This document shows positions 48,615-57,639 of a DNA stretch of 64,000 nucleotides, one piece after another. The notes below the pieces were generated by a model. It searched no databases. It was not told the origin of the DNA and worked only from the letters and a program-made list of their open reading frames with translations. The stretch is from contig OZ244905.1 of assembly GCA_965221695.1 (NCBI GenBank), positions 2,016,001 through 2,080,000 on the forward strand, read 5' to 3'. A program made the position numbers and the translations under genes. The stretch is from Gammaproteobacteria bacterium (GTDB lineage: Bacteria; Pseudomonadota; Gammaproteobacteria; Eutrophobiales; Eutrophobiaceae). Every line of letters starts with the position of its first letter. The stretch's first letter is position 1.

Positions 48615-49793
48615 ATGCGCACAAACGTTATAACAGATGAAACCACGGCCGATATTGCTCTCCCGACAGGGTCCCGCTTTTCCCCGGCGCTGACCGATTA
48701 CCTGTGGTGGGCGTTATTACTGAGCGGCTTCGGCTTTGTGCTGGCGCGTTTCAGTGAATATCTGAACGGGTATGAGTGGGGGATATTTACCTGTCTCACC
48801 GTGGCGCTGGCTTATGCCGGCAGCGCCTGGTCCGAACTCCGGCGTCTGCTGCTCGTCGTTGCGTTGCTGGCGCTGTATTCCATCCACCTTTATGACGCCA
48901 ACCTGGCCCTGGCAGATGAACGCGTGGCGCTGCAGTATTTCCTGGCCAGCCAGTCGGCCGTAATGTGGATGAGTTTTCTGTTCGTGCTGGCAACCCTGAG
49001 TTATTTCTTCGCGCTGTTCTCGGGTTCGGCTTTTAGCGCCGCCGTCGGTACCGGTTTGACCTGGTGCGGCGCGGGCATGGGTCTGGCGGGGATGCTGGTG
49101 CGCTGGTACGAATCGTACCTGATCAGCCCTGATGTCGGTCATATCCCGGTAAGCAACCTGTATGAAGTGTTCATCCTGTTCTGTGTCACCACTGCTATCA
49201 TTTACCTGCATTATGAGAAGCGTTACCGGACCCGCGCCCTGGGTGGGTTCGTGCTGCTGGTAATCAGCGCCGCCATCGGCTTCCTGTTGTGGTATACCTT
49301 CGACCGCGGCGCCCATGAAATCCAACCGCTGGTCCCCGCGCTGCAGAGCTACTGGATGAAGATCCACGTACCGGCGAACTTTGTCGGCTACGGCTGTTTC
49401 AGCATCGCCGCGATGCTGGGTGTGGCTTACCTGGCCAGGGGCGACGATGCAAACCCGCGCCCGATGTTTGCGCGCCTGCCGGACCGGGTGGTCATCGACG
49501 ACATCATGTACAAGTCTGTTGCGCTTGGCTTTGCCTTTTTTACCGTGGCGACCATCCTGGGGTCATTATGGGCTGCGGAGGCCTGGGGAGGATACTGGTC
49601 ATGGGACCCTAAGGAGACCTGGGCACTGATTGTCTGGTTGAATTATGCCGCCTGGCTGCACATGCGTATCAGCAAAAACTGGCATGGTTCAGCCATGGCA
49701 GCCTGGGCTATCGTGGGCCTGTTCGTGACCTTGTTCGCGTTCCTGGGCGTCAACATGTTCCTTTCCGGCTTACACTCTTACGGTGAATTATAA
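48615..49793 (+). CDS. ccsB: Cytochrome c biogenesis heme-lyase subunit (CcsB/CcsA/ResC, System II)
   Basis: PVSNLYE, LQSYWMKIHV, WWD domain WAAEAWGGYWSWDPKETW, GLHSY. Confidence 0.92.
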   Translation: MRTNVITDETTADIALPTGSRFSPALTDYLWWALLLSGFGFVLARFSEYLNGYEWGIFTCLTVALAYAGSAWSELRRLLLVVALLALYSIHLYDANLALADERVALQYFLASQSAVMWMSFLFVLATLSYFFALFSGSAFSAAVGTGLTWCGAGMGLAGMLVRWYESYLISPDVGHIPVSNLYEVFILFCVTTAIIYLHYEKRYRTRALGGFVLLVISAAIGFLLWYTFDRGAHEIQPLVPALQSYWMKIHVPANFVGYGCFSIAAMLGVAYLARGDDANPRPMFARLPDRVVIDDIMYKSVALGFAFFTVATILGSLWAAEAWGGYWSWDPKETWALIVWLNYAAWLHMRISKNWHGSAMAAWAIVGLFVTLFAFLGVNMFLSGLHSYGEL

Positions 49794-50416
49794 TGCGCAT
49801 TATCTCATCCTTTCTTTCATGCCTGTTGCTTGCGGGATTGATTTCGAGCGCGGCCCAGGCGCAGTCCCTGGATAACGCCTACACGCAGATCAAACCTGCC
49901 CTGCCCACCGGCTCCGGTGACAAAATCGAGGTTGCCGAAATCTTCTGGTACGGCTGCTCCCATTGCTACACCTTTGAGCCGCACGTCAAATCATGGCTTA
50001 AGACCATTCCTGAAGACGTGGTTTTTCGCCCCGTACCGGGGGTATTGAACAGCCGCTGGACCGTTCATGCCCGCGGCTACTTCGCCGCGGAAAAGATGGG
50101 CGCGCTGGAACAATTCCATTCTCCGCTGTTCAGGGCGCTGCACGCCCAGCAACGCAATATATACACCCGGGACAGCCTGATTGACTTCGCCGCCGAGGTT
50201 GGGCTCGACAAGAAAGAGTTCGCCCGGCATTACGACTCCAATGAGACCGAAGTGAAGATGAAACAGGCGTTCCTCATGGCACGGGATGCCAGGATTACCG
50301 GCGTTCCCGCGGTGATCGTGAACGGTAAATACCTGATAACCGGTTCGTCAGCCGGCTCCTATGAGCGGATCATTGAAACCATCGACTACCTGATCGAGCA
50401 AGAACGGCGCCGCTGA
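49793..50416 (+). CDS. dsbA: Thiol:disulfide interchange protein DsbA
   Basis: Signal peptide, FWYGCSHCY, GVPA. Confidence 0.92.
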   Translation: MRIISSFLSCLLLAGLISSAAQAQSLDNAYTQIKPALPTGSGDKIEVAEIFWYGCSHCYTFEPHVKSWLKTIPEDVVFRPVPGVLNSRWTVHARGYFAAEKMGALEQFHSPLFRALHAQQRNIYTRDSLIDFAAEVGLDKKEFARHYDSNETEVKMKQAFLMARDARITGVPAVIVNGKYLITGSSAGSYERIIETIDYLIEQERRR

Positions 50417-50444
50417 AAATCAGCCGCATTACTTGCCGCCTACG

Positions 50445-51650
50445 TCACACCGCCGCTGCCTGCGCAGTGACCGGCTCATCCCGAATTGGCCAGTGCACCA
50501 GCGCGGCAAGAATGCCCAGCAAAATGGCCAACTGCCACATGAGCAAGTAGGAACCGGTCGTCTCGAACAGGTAACCGCCCAGCCAGGCGCCCAGGAAACT
50601 GCCCACCTGGTGGCTCAGGAAGACGATGCCGAACAACGTGCCGCCGTAACGTACCCCGAAGATCTCGGCGACCAGGCCGCTGGTCAACGGAATGGTCCCC
50701 AGCCATAACAGCCCCATGGCCGCGGCGAACAGCGCCAGTGTGATCTCGCTCAGGGGCAGGGCGATAAACAGCGCAATCACCAGTGCGCGACCGAGGTACA
50801 GCCCGCTCAACAGGTATTTTTTCCGGTAACGTCCCCCATACAGCCCGGCCAGGTAGGTGCCAAGGATATTGAATACGCCGATCAAGCCGAGCGCAAACGC
50901 CGCGCGCATCGGAGAAACGGCAGCGTCATTCAGGAACGCCGGCAGGTGGGTGGCGATAAAAGCCACGTGAAACCCGCATACCAGGAAACCGCAATTCAAC
51001 AACAGGTAGCCCGAATGCGTGCCGGCGCTGCGCAACACCTGAGACAGGGTTTCCCCGGGCAGGTTGGAGCTGTTGGCTTCTTCCATAGCCTGGCGCCGGA
51101 GCAGTAATGTCAGCAGCGGCACGATCATCACACATCCTGCGAGGATTAAAAATGCCGTGCTCCAGCCGTACCATCCGATGAACAATTGGCTTAACGGCAC
51201 AAACGAAAACATCCCAATCGACCCGCCGGAGGAGACAATACCGAATGCAAGGCTGCGTTTTTCCGGCGGGACCAGCCTGCCAATGGCGCTCAACACCACC
51301 GTAAACGTGGTGCCGCTCATCGCAAGACCCACCATCATGCCCAGGCTCAGGTGCAGGCCGGTCGCAGTCGTGGTCAATGCGGTGAGCGCCAGGCCGGCGA
51401 TATACAGTAAACTGGACAGGATCAGCATCCGCAAACTGCCGAACTTGTCCGTCAGCATGCCGGCAAACGGTTGCGCCAGACCCCAAACCAGGTTCTGGAT
51501 GGCAATGGTCAGTCCGAACGTGGTCCGGGTAAGCTCAAGGTCAGTGACCACCGGCTGCAGGAATACACCAAACGACTGCCGGATACCCATACTGACGGCA
51601 ACGATCGTGCCCCCGACAACTATCAGCAGAACATATTGTGACTGGCGCAT
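50445..51650 (-). CDS. MFS transporter
   Basis: GIRQSFG.F, QNLVWG, CGFHVAFI.THLP, HQVGSFLG; 12 transmembrane segments. Confidence 0.9.
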   Translation of the reverse strand: MRQSQYVLLIVVGGTIVAVSMGIRQSFGVFLQPVVTDLELTRTTFGLTIAIQNLVWGLAQPFAGMLTDKFGSLRMLILSSLLYIAGLALTALTTTATGLHLSLGMMVGLAMSGTTFTVVLSAIGRLVPPEKRSLAFGIVSSGGSIGMFSFVPLSQLFIGWYGWSTAFLILAGCVMIVPLLTLLLRRQAMEEANSSNLPGETLSQVLRSAGTHSGYLLLNCGFLVCGFHVAFIATHLPAFLNDAAVSPMRAAFALGLIGVFNILGTYLAGLYGGRYRKKYLLSGLYLGRALVIALFIALPLSEITLALFAAAMGLLWLGTIPLTSGLVAEIFGVRYGGTLFGIVFLSHQVGSFLGAWLGGYLFETTGSYLLMWQLAILLGILAALVHWPIRDEPVTAQAAAV

Positions 51651-51804
51651 ATTTTATGTATGAAACGCAATGAGTGAATCAGAATTTATTGTTGTTCGTG
51701 TAGTCGGGAGTCCTCGGAACAATTCAGTGGCTTCCCGGGTCAAATCGGCTCCTGACGCGACTAATTCATCCCGTGAACGCTCTGTATCATAGCAACATTT
51801 CACG

Positions 51805-51990
51805 AAAACAGGAATCCAACTTAAAAAGGATCGCCCTTCGGGCGATACAGTGTTTGACTGGACTCCCGCTTCCGCGGGAGTGGTACGGCGGCTGTGCTCA
51901 CGCAAGCGCCTCCCATCCCATTCCCGCGAAAGCGGGAATCCAGTGAAACAACGCGTCGCCCGAAGGGCGACACCGTATCAGACTGCCACT
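51805..51990. repeat. dRS3/REP-like repeat cluster upstream of nitrile hydratase
   Basis: CTGGACTCCCGCTTCCGCGGGAGTGG, CATTCCCGCGAAAGCGGGAATCCAG, GTCGCCCGAAGGGCGAC. Confidence 0.88.
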
Positions 51991-52074
51991 CAGATAATAA
52001 AATCTCTGCTTGAATTGATAACAGGCTTTGTGTCATGCTGAATCCCAGAAAAACTACCTGATGAGGAAGGCCAA

Positions 52075-52674
52075 ATGGCAGAAACAGCACATCGCGCCCC
52101 GTTGTCAGACGTACAGCTCCGGGTCAGGGCGCTGGAGTCATTGCTGATCGAAAAAGGCGCAGTCCAGCGGGAGACGTTGGATGCGATCATCGATCATTAC
52201 GAAAACAAAGTCGGACCGCATATCGGCGCTGCGATCGTGGCCAAGGCATGGACCGATCCTGACTTCAAGGCGAGACTGCTGGAAGATGCGTCGTCAACAT
52301 TGGCGCAACAGGGATACAGCGGGATTGAAGGCAGCCACATGGTGGTCGTGGAAAACACCGATGCGGTTCACAACCTGGTCGTCTGCACACTTTGCTCCTG
52401 CTATCCCTGGCCGGTATTGGGCCTGCCGCCCAACTGGTATAAAAGCACGCCTTACCGCGCAAAAGCGGTGCGCGACCCGCGCGGGCTGCTGAAGGAGTTC
52501 GGCCTGGAGTTGCCGGAAGAAACCGAAGTGCGGGTCTGGGACAGCAATGCGGAGATCAGGTACCTGGTGTTGCCCAAACGCCCGGAGGGCACGGAAAACA
52601 TGAGTGAAGCGGAATTGCAGGAAACCGTCACGCGTGACTCGATGGTTGGCGCCGGGCTTGCAACCACTGCGTAA
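52075..52674 (+). CDS. nthA: Nitrile hydratase alpha subunit, cobalt type
   Basis: [10 protein letters not shown] metal-binding motif (Thr/Tyr indicates Co type), RVWDS. Confidence 0.96.
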   Translation: MAETAHRAPLSDVQLRVRALESLLIEKGAVQRETLDAIIDHYENKVGPHIGAAIVAKAWTDPDFKARLLEDASSTLAQQGYSGIEGSHMVVVENTDAVHNLVVCTLCSCYPWPVLGLPPNWYKSTPYRAKAVRDPRGLLKEFGLELPEETEVRVWDSNAEIRYLVLPKRPEGTENMSEAELQETVTRDSMVGAGLATTA

Positions 52675-52697
52675 TAACAGAACGAGGATAGCGCATT

Positions 52698-53363
52698 ATG
52701 AACAGCATTCATGACATCGGCGGCATGGACAATGTCGGGCCGGTATCTATCGAAAAAGACGAACCGGTCTTCCACGAGGACTGGGAAAAGAAGGTATATG
52801 CGATGACCCTTGCGACCATGGGCGCCGGCATATTTGTTACTGACGAGGTACGCTACATGACGGAGACGATTCCTCCCGCTGACTATCTGACCTTCTCCTA
52901 CTATGAAAAATGGCTGTACAGCCTGGAACGGATGATGTTACAGAAAAATGTGCTGACGCAGGAAGAACTGGAATCCGGCGTGGTGACGGCGCCGGAGCTG
53001 GCAAGCGGCATTGAGGCCGCCTCGACGGAACGGATGGAGTACGGCATGAAAAATCGTATCCCGGTCTTTGTGGATGCCGACATCCCTCCCAAGTTCAAAG
53101 CAGGCGATGCGATCATCGCCAGGAACATCAATCCCCCGCACCACACGCGCATCCCCCGTTACCTCCGCGGCAGGCGCGGCACGGTGGAACAAGATCATGG
53201 TATCTTTCTCCTGCCCGATACCAATGCCCACGGCGGCCCGGACAAGCCGCAGCATGTCTACAGCGTACGCTTCAGCGCCCGTGAATTGTGGGGCGAAGAC
53301 GCGCCGGCCAATGATTCCCTGTACATCGACCTATTCGATGACTACATGGACCACGACGAATAA
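52698..53363 (+). CDS. nthB: Nitrile hydratase beta subunit
   Basis: MNSIHDIGG, FHEDWE, YYEKW, HTRIPRYLRG, ELWG. Confidence 0.95.
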   Translation: MNSIHDIGGMDNVGPVSIEKDEPVFHEDWEKKVYAMTLATMGAGIFVTDEVRYMTETIPPADYLTFSYYEKWLYSLERMMLQKNVLTQEELESGVVTAPELASGIEAASTERMEYGMKNRIPVFVDADIPPKFKAGDAIIARNINPPHHTRIPRYLRGRRGTVEQDHGIFLLPDTNAHGGPDKPQHVYSVRFSARELWGEDAPANDSLYIDLFDDYMDHDE

Positions 53364-53374
53364 GGCCACAATCG

Positions 53375-53713
53375 ATGCAGATGCCGGAGCTCGACTCTCT
53401 CGCCGGGATACCGCTGGACGAGCAGGGTCCCGTATTCAAGGAACCCTGGCAGGCGCAAGCGTTCGCGCTGGTCCTGAAAATGCATGAAGAAGGTCTATTC
53501 ACCTGGGCCGAATGGGCGGAACGGCTTAACCGGGCAATTGCCGCGGCCCGCGCCGGCGGAGACCCCGACCTGGGCAATACCTATTACCACCACTGGCTAG
53601 CGGCTCTGGAAGGCATTGTTGCAGACAAACACCTGGTGACCGCCGAAGCGCTGGCACGCCGCAAGGATGAAGTGCAGGAAGAACACCAACGTCTGCACGG
53701 ACACAGCCATTAG
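53375..53713 (+). CDS. Nitrile hydratase accessory/activator protein (P14K-like)
   Basis: PVFKEPWQAQAFAL, GLFTWAEW, YYHHWLAALE, His-rich C-terminus. Confidence 0.92.
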   Translation: MQMPELDSLAGIPLDEQGPVFKEPWQAQAFALVLKMHEEGLFTWAEWAERLNRAIAAARAGGDPDLGNTYYHHWLAALEGIVADKHLVTAEALARRKDEVQEEHQRLHGHSH

Positions 53714-53772
53714 CTGCCGCCGAACCGGGTTTAAACCTGAACAGCGTTGCCTCATATCACAGAACGCCCGCT

Positions 53773-54690
53773 ATGCAGTCCCGTGGAACAGCATCCCGCG
53801 CAACAACTATCGGCCTGATCAGACACTACCTGAACTCGACTGAATCTAGCTGGAGTAACGGAATATCCGGTGCGATTGCGGAGTTCATGTATGACGACGG
53901 CGAACAGATAAGCTTCGAGGAAAGCGCCACCGCGCTACAGGCCGTGACGGGCCGCGGCGCCATCGCCGTGAATCTGGCGCAGGAACTCGCCTGTTTCGCC
54001 TATGAGGACATCGGCCATTGCGCCGGGTCATGGACGCAAAGCATCGCCCTTGCCTTGCCGGCAGCGCGTGCCCGTATCCCAACAAATCATGTTGTCACGA
54101 GTTTGGGCGCCGATGTCGGCGCGCTTCGTACCCCGGACCGGGACAAGCAGTTGTTCGACCTGGGCCTGGGCTCTGACCTGGCGCGTTTCTGCGTGCGCAC
54201 AGGCGATTCAAACCTGGCTAATGAATTACGTTTTTTCTGCGGAAAAAAGCTGTCCGATCAGCAGCGAGTTTTGCCGGCGCTGTTGCAAAGCTCGTCTCCG
54301 GAACGCGTCGTCATCTCTGCGCTGGGCCGTATCGAAGTCTATACACCCATCCCGCAAACAAGCGCCCATACCGAAGCAGGGCCGCATACCCATTTGTTAC
54401 CCGGCTTGCTTGGAAAGGATAAGGCCGTGTTGCCGTGTGGACACCCTGCTGTCATGCAGATTTACCCGCCCCACCCCCTGCGCGACAAATACGGCGAGGA
54501 AAAGCCGTTCGACCCCGCGTGCTACCACGCATTCCAGGATGTCCTGGAAAAAGTGGGCATTGAAGAGTACCTGAGCGCAAAAACTGCTGCCGAAGAGAAC
54601 TCGCCACCGGCAACGGGAAATAGCTCAAGGTGGTATGACATTGCCTGCCAGATTGTTACAATGCAGCAGCAAGAATTAGCCCGCCTCTGA
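53773..54690 (+). CDS. Conserved hypothetical protein (NHase-cluster associated)
   Basis: 305-aa ORF with GAIAEF, LFDLGLG...CVRT, GRIEVY.PIP, GPHTH; co-oriented with nthAB. Confidence 0.75.
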   Translation: MQSRGTASRATTIGLIRHYLNSTESSWSNGISGAIAEFMYDDGEQISFEESATALQAVTGRGAIAVNLAQELACFAYEDIGHCAGSWTQSIALALPAARARIPTNHVVTSLGADVGALRTPDRDKQLFDLGLGSDLARFCVRTGDSNLANELRFFCGKKLSDQQRVLPALLQSSSPERVVISALGRIEVYTPIPQTSAHTEAGPHTHLLPGLLGKDKAVLPCGHPAVMQIYPPHPLRDKYGEEKPFDPACYHAFQDVLEKVGIEEYLSAKTAAEENSPPATGNSSRWYDIACQIVTMQQQELARL

Positions 54691-54740
54691 AACCGAGTCA
54701 GAAGCGTCCTGATTCTTTGGTTCCAAAATAGGAGGTGTCT

Positions 54741-55247
54741 ATGAGTTCGAAAGAGGACAAAGTGTTTTTTTATAATTATTCGATCGTGATCGGTCTTCTG
54801 GCCGTGATGATCATCATCTTCCTGGTTCTGGCGCTGTATTTTGGCGTCGACGAGGATGCCGTCGCGCGCAAACAGGCGAACAAGGTCGCCGCGAATACCG
54901 TTCCGGTAGGCGTGGTCGCGCTGGTTGGCGACACGGCAGAAGAAGTGGAGGTGGCTACCGTCGCAACGGTAGCCACCAATGAAGAGCCGGTAGACATGGG
55001 CCTGCGGGTATACAACGGCCTCTGCATAAGCTGCCACAACGGCTTGCCGAATATCCCTAAAGTCGGAGACAAGGTCGCCTGGGAGAGTCGCATTGCCCAG
55101 GGCATGGCGCTGCTGTATGAACGCGCGATCAAGGGATTCATCAGCGAAGGAGGACTCATCGCGATGCCACCCAAGGGCGGCAATATGAACCTGACGGATG
55201 AAGAAGTCAAAGCAGCCGTGGACTACATGGTAGCGAACAGTCAATAA
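54741..55247 (+). CDS. Membrane-anchored cytochrome c5 family
   Basis: AGGAGG RBS, TM helix, CISCH, MPPKGG. Confidence 0.92.
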   Translation: MSSKEDKVFFYNYSIVIGLLAVMIIIFLVLALYFGVDEDAVARKQANKVAANTVPVGVVALVGDTAEEVEVATVATVATNEEPVDMGLRVYNGLCISCHNGLPNIPKVGDKVAWESRIAQGMALLYERAIKGFISEGGLIAMPPKGGNMNLTDEEVKAAVDYMVANSQ

Positions 55248-55288
55248 ATGATGAATAGGGCCGAAAACATGTATCCGGCCAGACGGCC

Positions 55289-56167
55289 ATGCGCGCCCTG
55301 CTTGTATTTTCCGCTGTTTTCCTAAGCGCCATCCTGTTCGGCGCACTTGTTGCATTTCCCGTATATGAGATTTTCTCCTCGTTCGGGGAGATAACGTTCA
55401 GAAAAACCGTTTCCCGAACGACACTGCTCAGCGGCTTGCTGTTCAGCCTGGTGTATTTTGCCCGGTATAACGGCCTGTCATTGGCCCGGCTTGGCCTGAC
55501 CGCGCAACGCGCCCATATCAGGCTCTTCCAGGGGCTGGCCGTCGGGCTTGTCATCGTCGCGATGATCGAAGCCAACCTGCTGTTGCTCGGGGTCCATGCG
55601 TTTCACGCAGAACGGCTGCTTGCACTGGATCAATTATCGCCACTGTTATTCAAGTGGCTGGTCACCGGCCTGCTGGTGGGCCTGGTAGAAGAGGTGATTT
55701 TCCGCGGCGCCATGCTCGGCGGCTTGAGCCGCCAGACCAACCAGGCGCTGGCGCTGGTCGTGGTCAGCCTCGTGTATGCCGCCGTGCATTACCTGAAATT
55801 CCGCGACCTGCCGGCGGATACGATAATAACCTGGCATACCGGCGTGACCATGATCCCGCCCGCACTGTTCCAGTTTGCCGACCCGGCAAGATACGATGCG
55901 ATGCTGTCCCTGTTCTTTCTGGGCCTGCTGCTGGGCCTTGTGCGGCTCCTCAGCGGCAGCCTGGTCCTGTGTATAGGCCTACATGCCGGCGTGATAGTGG
56001 GGGAGAAATTGATCCAGCACATGACCGACTTGGCACCCCACAGCGCGTACACCCACCTGGTCAACCGTTACGACCCCTTTGTCGGAGACCTGGCCTCGGC
56101 GTGGTTGCTGGTCCTCTGCGTGTTATTCTATTTTTTCTACCGGCGCAGGTTACGGCAAGACCGGTAA
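55289..56167 (+). CDS. CPBP family intramembrane metalloprotease (CAAX protease-like)
   Basis: EEVIFRG, YAAVHY, IGLHAG. Confidence 0.9.
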   Translation: MRALLVFSAVFLSAILFGALVAFPVYEIFSSFGEITFRKTVSRTTLLSGLLFSLVYFARYNGLSLARLGLTAQRAHIRLFQGLAVGLVIVAMIEANLLLLGVHAFHAERLLALDQLSPLLFKWLVTGLLVGLVEEVIFRGAMLGGLSRQTNQALALVVVSLVYAAVHYLKFRDLPADTIITWHTGVTMIPPALFQFADPARYDAMLSLFFLGLLLGLVRLLSGSLVLCIGLHAGVIVGEKLIQHMTDLAPHSAYTHLVNRYDPFVGDLASAWLLVLCVLFYFFYRRRLRQDR

Positions 56168-56447
56168 TCCAAGACTGTGTCGCCCGAAGGGCGACCCTTT
56201 GTTTCACTGGATTCCCGTTTGCACGGGAATGGGATAGGGGCGCTTGTGTGAACATCGCCACCGTACCACTCCCGCGAAAGCGGGAGTCCAGTCGAATACT
56301 GTGTCGCCCAATGGGCGACCCTTTGTTTCACTGGATTCCCGTTTGCACGGGAATGGAATGGGAGGCGCTTGTGTGAACACCGCCACCTTACCACTCCCGC
56401 GAAAGCGGGAGTCCAGTCCATTACTGTGTCGCCCGTAGGGCGACCCC
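56167..56447. repeat. Tandem array of ~124-bp dRS3/REP-like units (about 2.2 copies)
   Basis: ACTGTGTCGCCC recurs at 56174, 56298 and 56423; each unit has ATTCCC-N8-GGGAAT and ACTCCC-N8-GGGAGT hairpins. Confidence 0.92.
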
Positions 56448-56469
56448 TTTTACAAAATAAATCAATGAC

Positions 56470-57561
56470 TCAATCAGCTTCCAGCGCCTTTGAGGTAAGC
56501 CGGTGCCAAGGCTGATAGGACTCCTGGAACGCCCGGTAGGCTTCGTAGACGCGTTTGAAATCGGGATCTTTTTCTGCTTCGCTCTCCAGCGTTTCACGGG
56601 TGACCAAGCGCAGTTCCTGCATCACGTCCCGCGGGAATGGCAGTACCTGGACATTTTTCTTCGTTGACAACTCCTTGAGCGCCTGGCTGTTATGGTATTC
56701 CATCGCGCTGTAAGCCCAAGCGCTGGTCGCGGCGGCGGCTTGTTTCACTATCTGCTGCAGGTCATCCGGCAGGCTGTCCCACCGCGCCCGGTTGACCAGT
56801 AGTTCCAGTTGCGCTCCCGGTTCGTGCCAACCGGGATAGTAGTAATAATCGGCAGCACGATTCAGGCCCAGGCGCAGGTCGTGCATGGGGCCGACCCATT
56901 CCGTCGCATCTATCGTGCCACGCTCCAGTGCGGTGTAAAGCTCGCCCCCCGACATGAGTATCGGGTTGCCGCCGGCCCGGTCCAGTACCTTGCCGCCAAG
57001 CCCGGGCATGCGCATACGCAAGCCTTTGAGATCATCTATGGTTTCTATCTTCTTGTTGAACCAACCACCCATCTGCACCCCGGTATTGCCGATGGGCAGG
57101 GCAATGACATTGAACGGTTCATACAGCTCGTTCCATAGCTCCAGTCCGCCGCCGTGGTACAACCAGGCTTCCACGCCCTTTTGTTCCATGCCGAAGGGAA
57201 CCGTGGTAAAAAACTGCGCGGCCGGCACCTTGCCGGCCCAGTAATACGCGGCCCCGTGCCCCATTTCCACCGCGCCCTGCGAAACTGCATCAAACACCTG
57301 CAGCGCGGGCACCAGTTCACCGCCGGCAAACACCTTGATGTCCAGCCTGCCATTGCTCATGATACGAACGTTTTCGGCAAACATTTCCGGTGCTTCCTGG
57401 AACACGGGAAAATTCGCCGGCCAGGTGGTAACCATCTTCCAGCGATGGATCTTGCCGGCATCGATGACTGCGTTTTCGCCCTCCACAAGGGGACCGTCTC
57501 CACAGGCCCCGAGCAGGACAGCCAGCAACAGGCATGATAGCCGTTGCGCCAGTGTCATCAT
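56470..57561 (-). CDS. TRAP transporter substrate-binding protein DctP (TakP-like), lipoprotein
   Basis: LGAC lipobox, WKMVTTWP, GNTGVQMGGWF, MRMPGLG, DATEWVGP, YPGWHE. Confidence 0.9.
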   Translation of the reverse strand: MMTLAQRLSCLLLAVLLGACGDGPLVEGENAVIDAGKIHRWKMVTTWPANFPVFQEAPEMFAENVRIMSNGRLDIKVFAGGELVPALQVFDAVSQGAVEMGHGAAYYWAGKVPAAQFFTTVPFGMEQKGVEAWLYHGGGLELWNELYEPFNVIALPIGNTGVQMGGWFNKKIETIDDLKGLRMRMPGLGGKVLDRAGGNPILMSGGELYTALERGTIDATEWVGPMHDLRLGLNRAADYYYYPGWHEPGAQLELLVNRARWDSLPDDLQQIVKQAAAATSAWAYSAMEYHNSQALKELSTKKNVQVLPFPRDVMQELRLVTRETLESEAEKDPDFKRVYEAYRAFQESYQPWHRLTSKALEAD

Positions 57562-57639
57562 CAAAGGATTGTCGGTACTGTTATACACTGTTCTTCTCAA
57601 TCTTCTCTCTCATTATCAGAATCGCAACCTTGAGCCGGG

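Noticed and set aside
51654-52090. Small ORFs with LDSRFRGN / PAEAGVQ motifs (also near 56061-56438)
   Set aside because: Translations of dRS3/REP-like repeats
56167-56447. Possible CRISPR array
   Set aside because: The whole ~124-bp unit repeats, including the would-be spacers; no cas genes; the same hairpins are dispersed elsewhere
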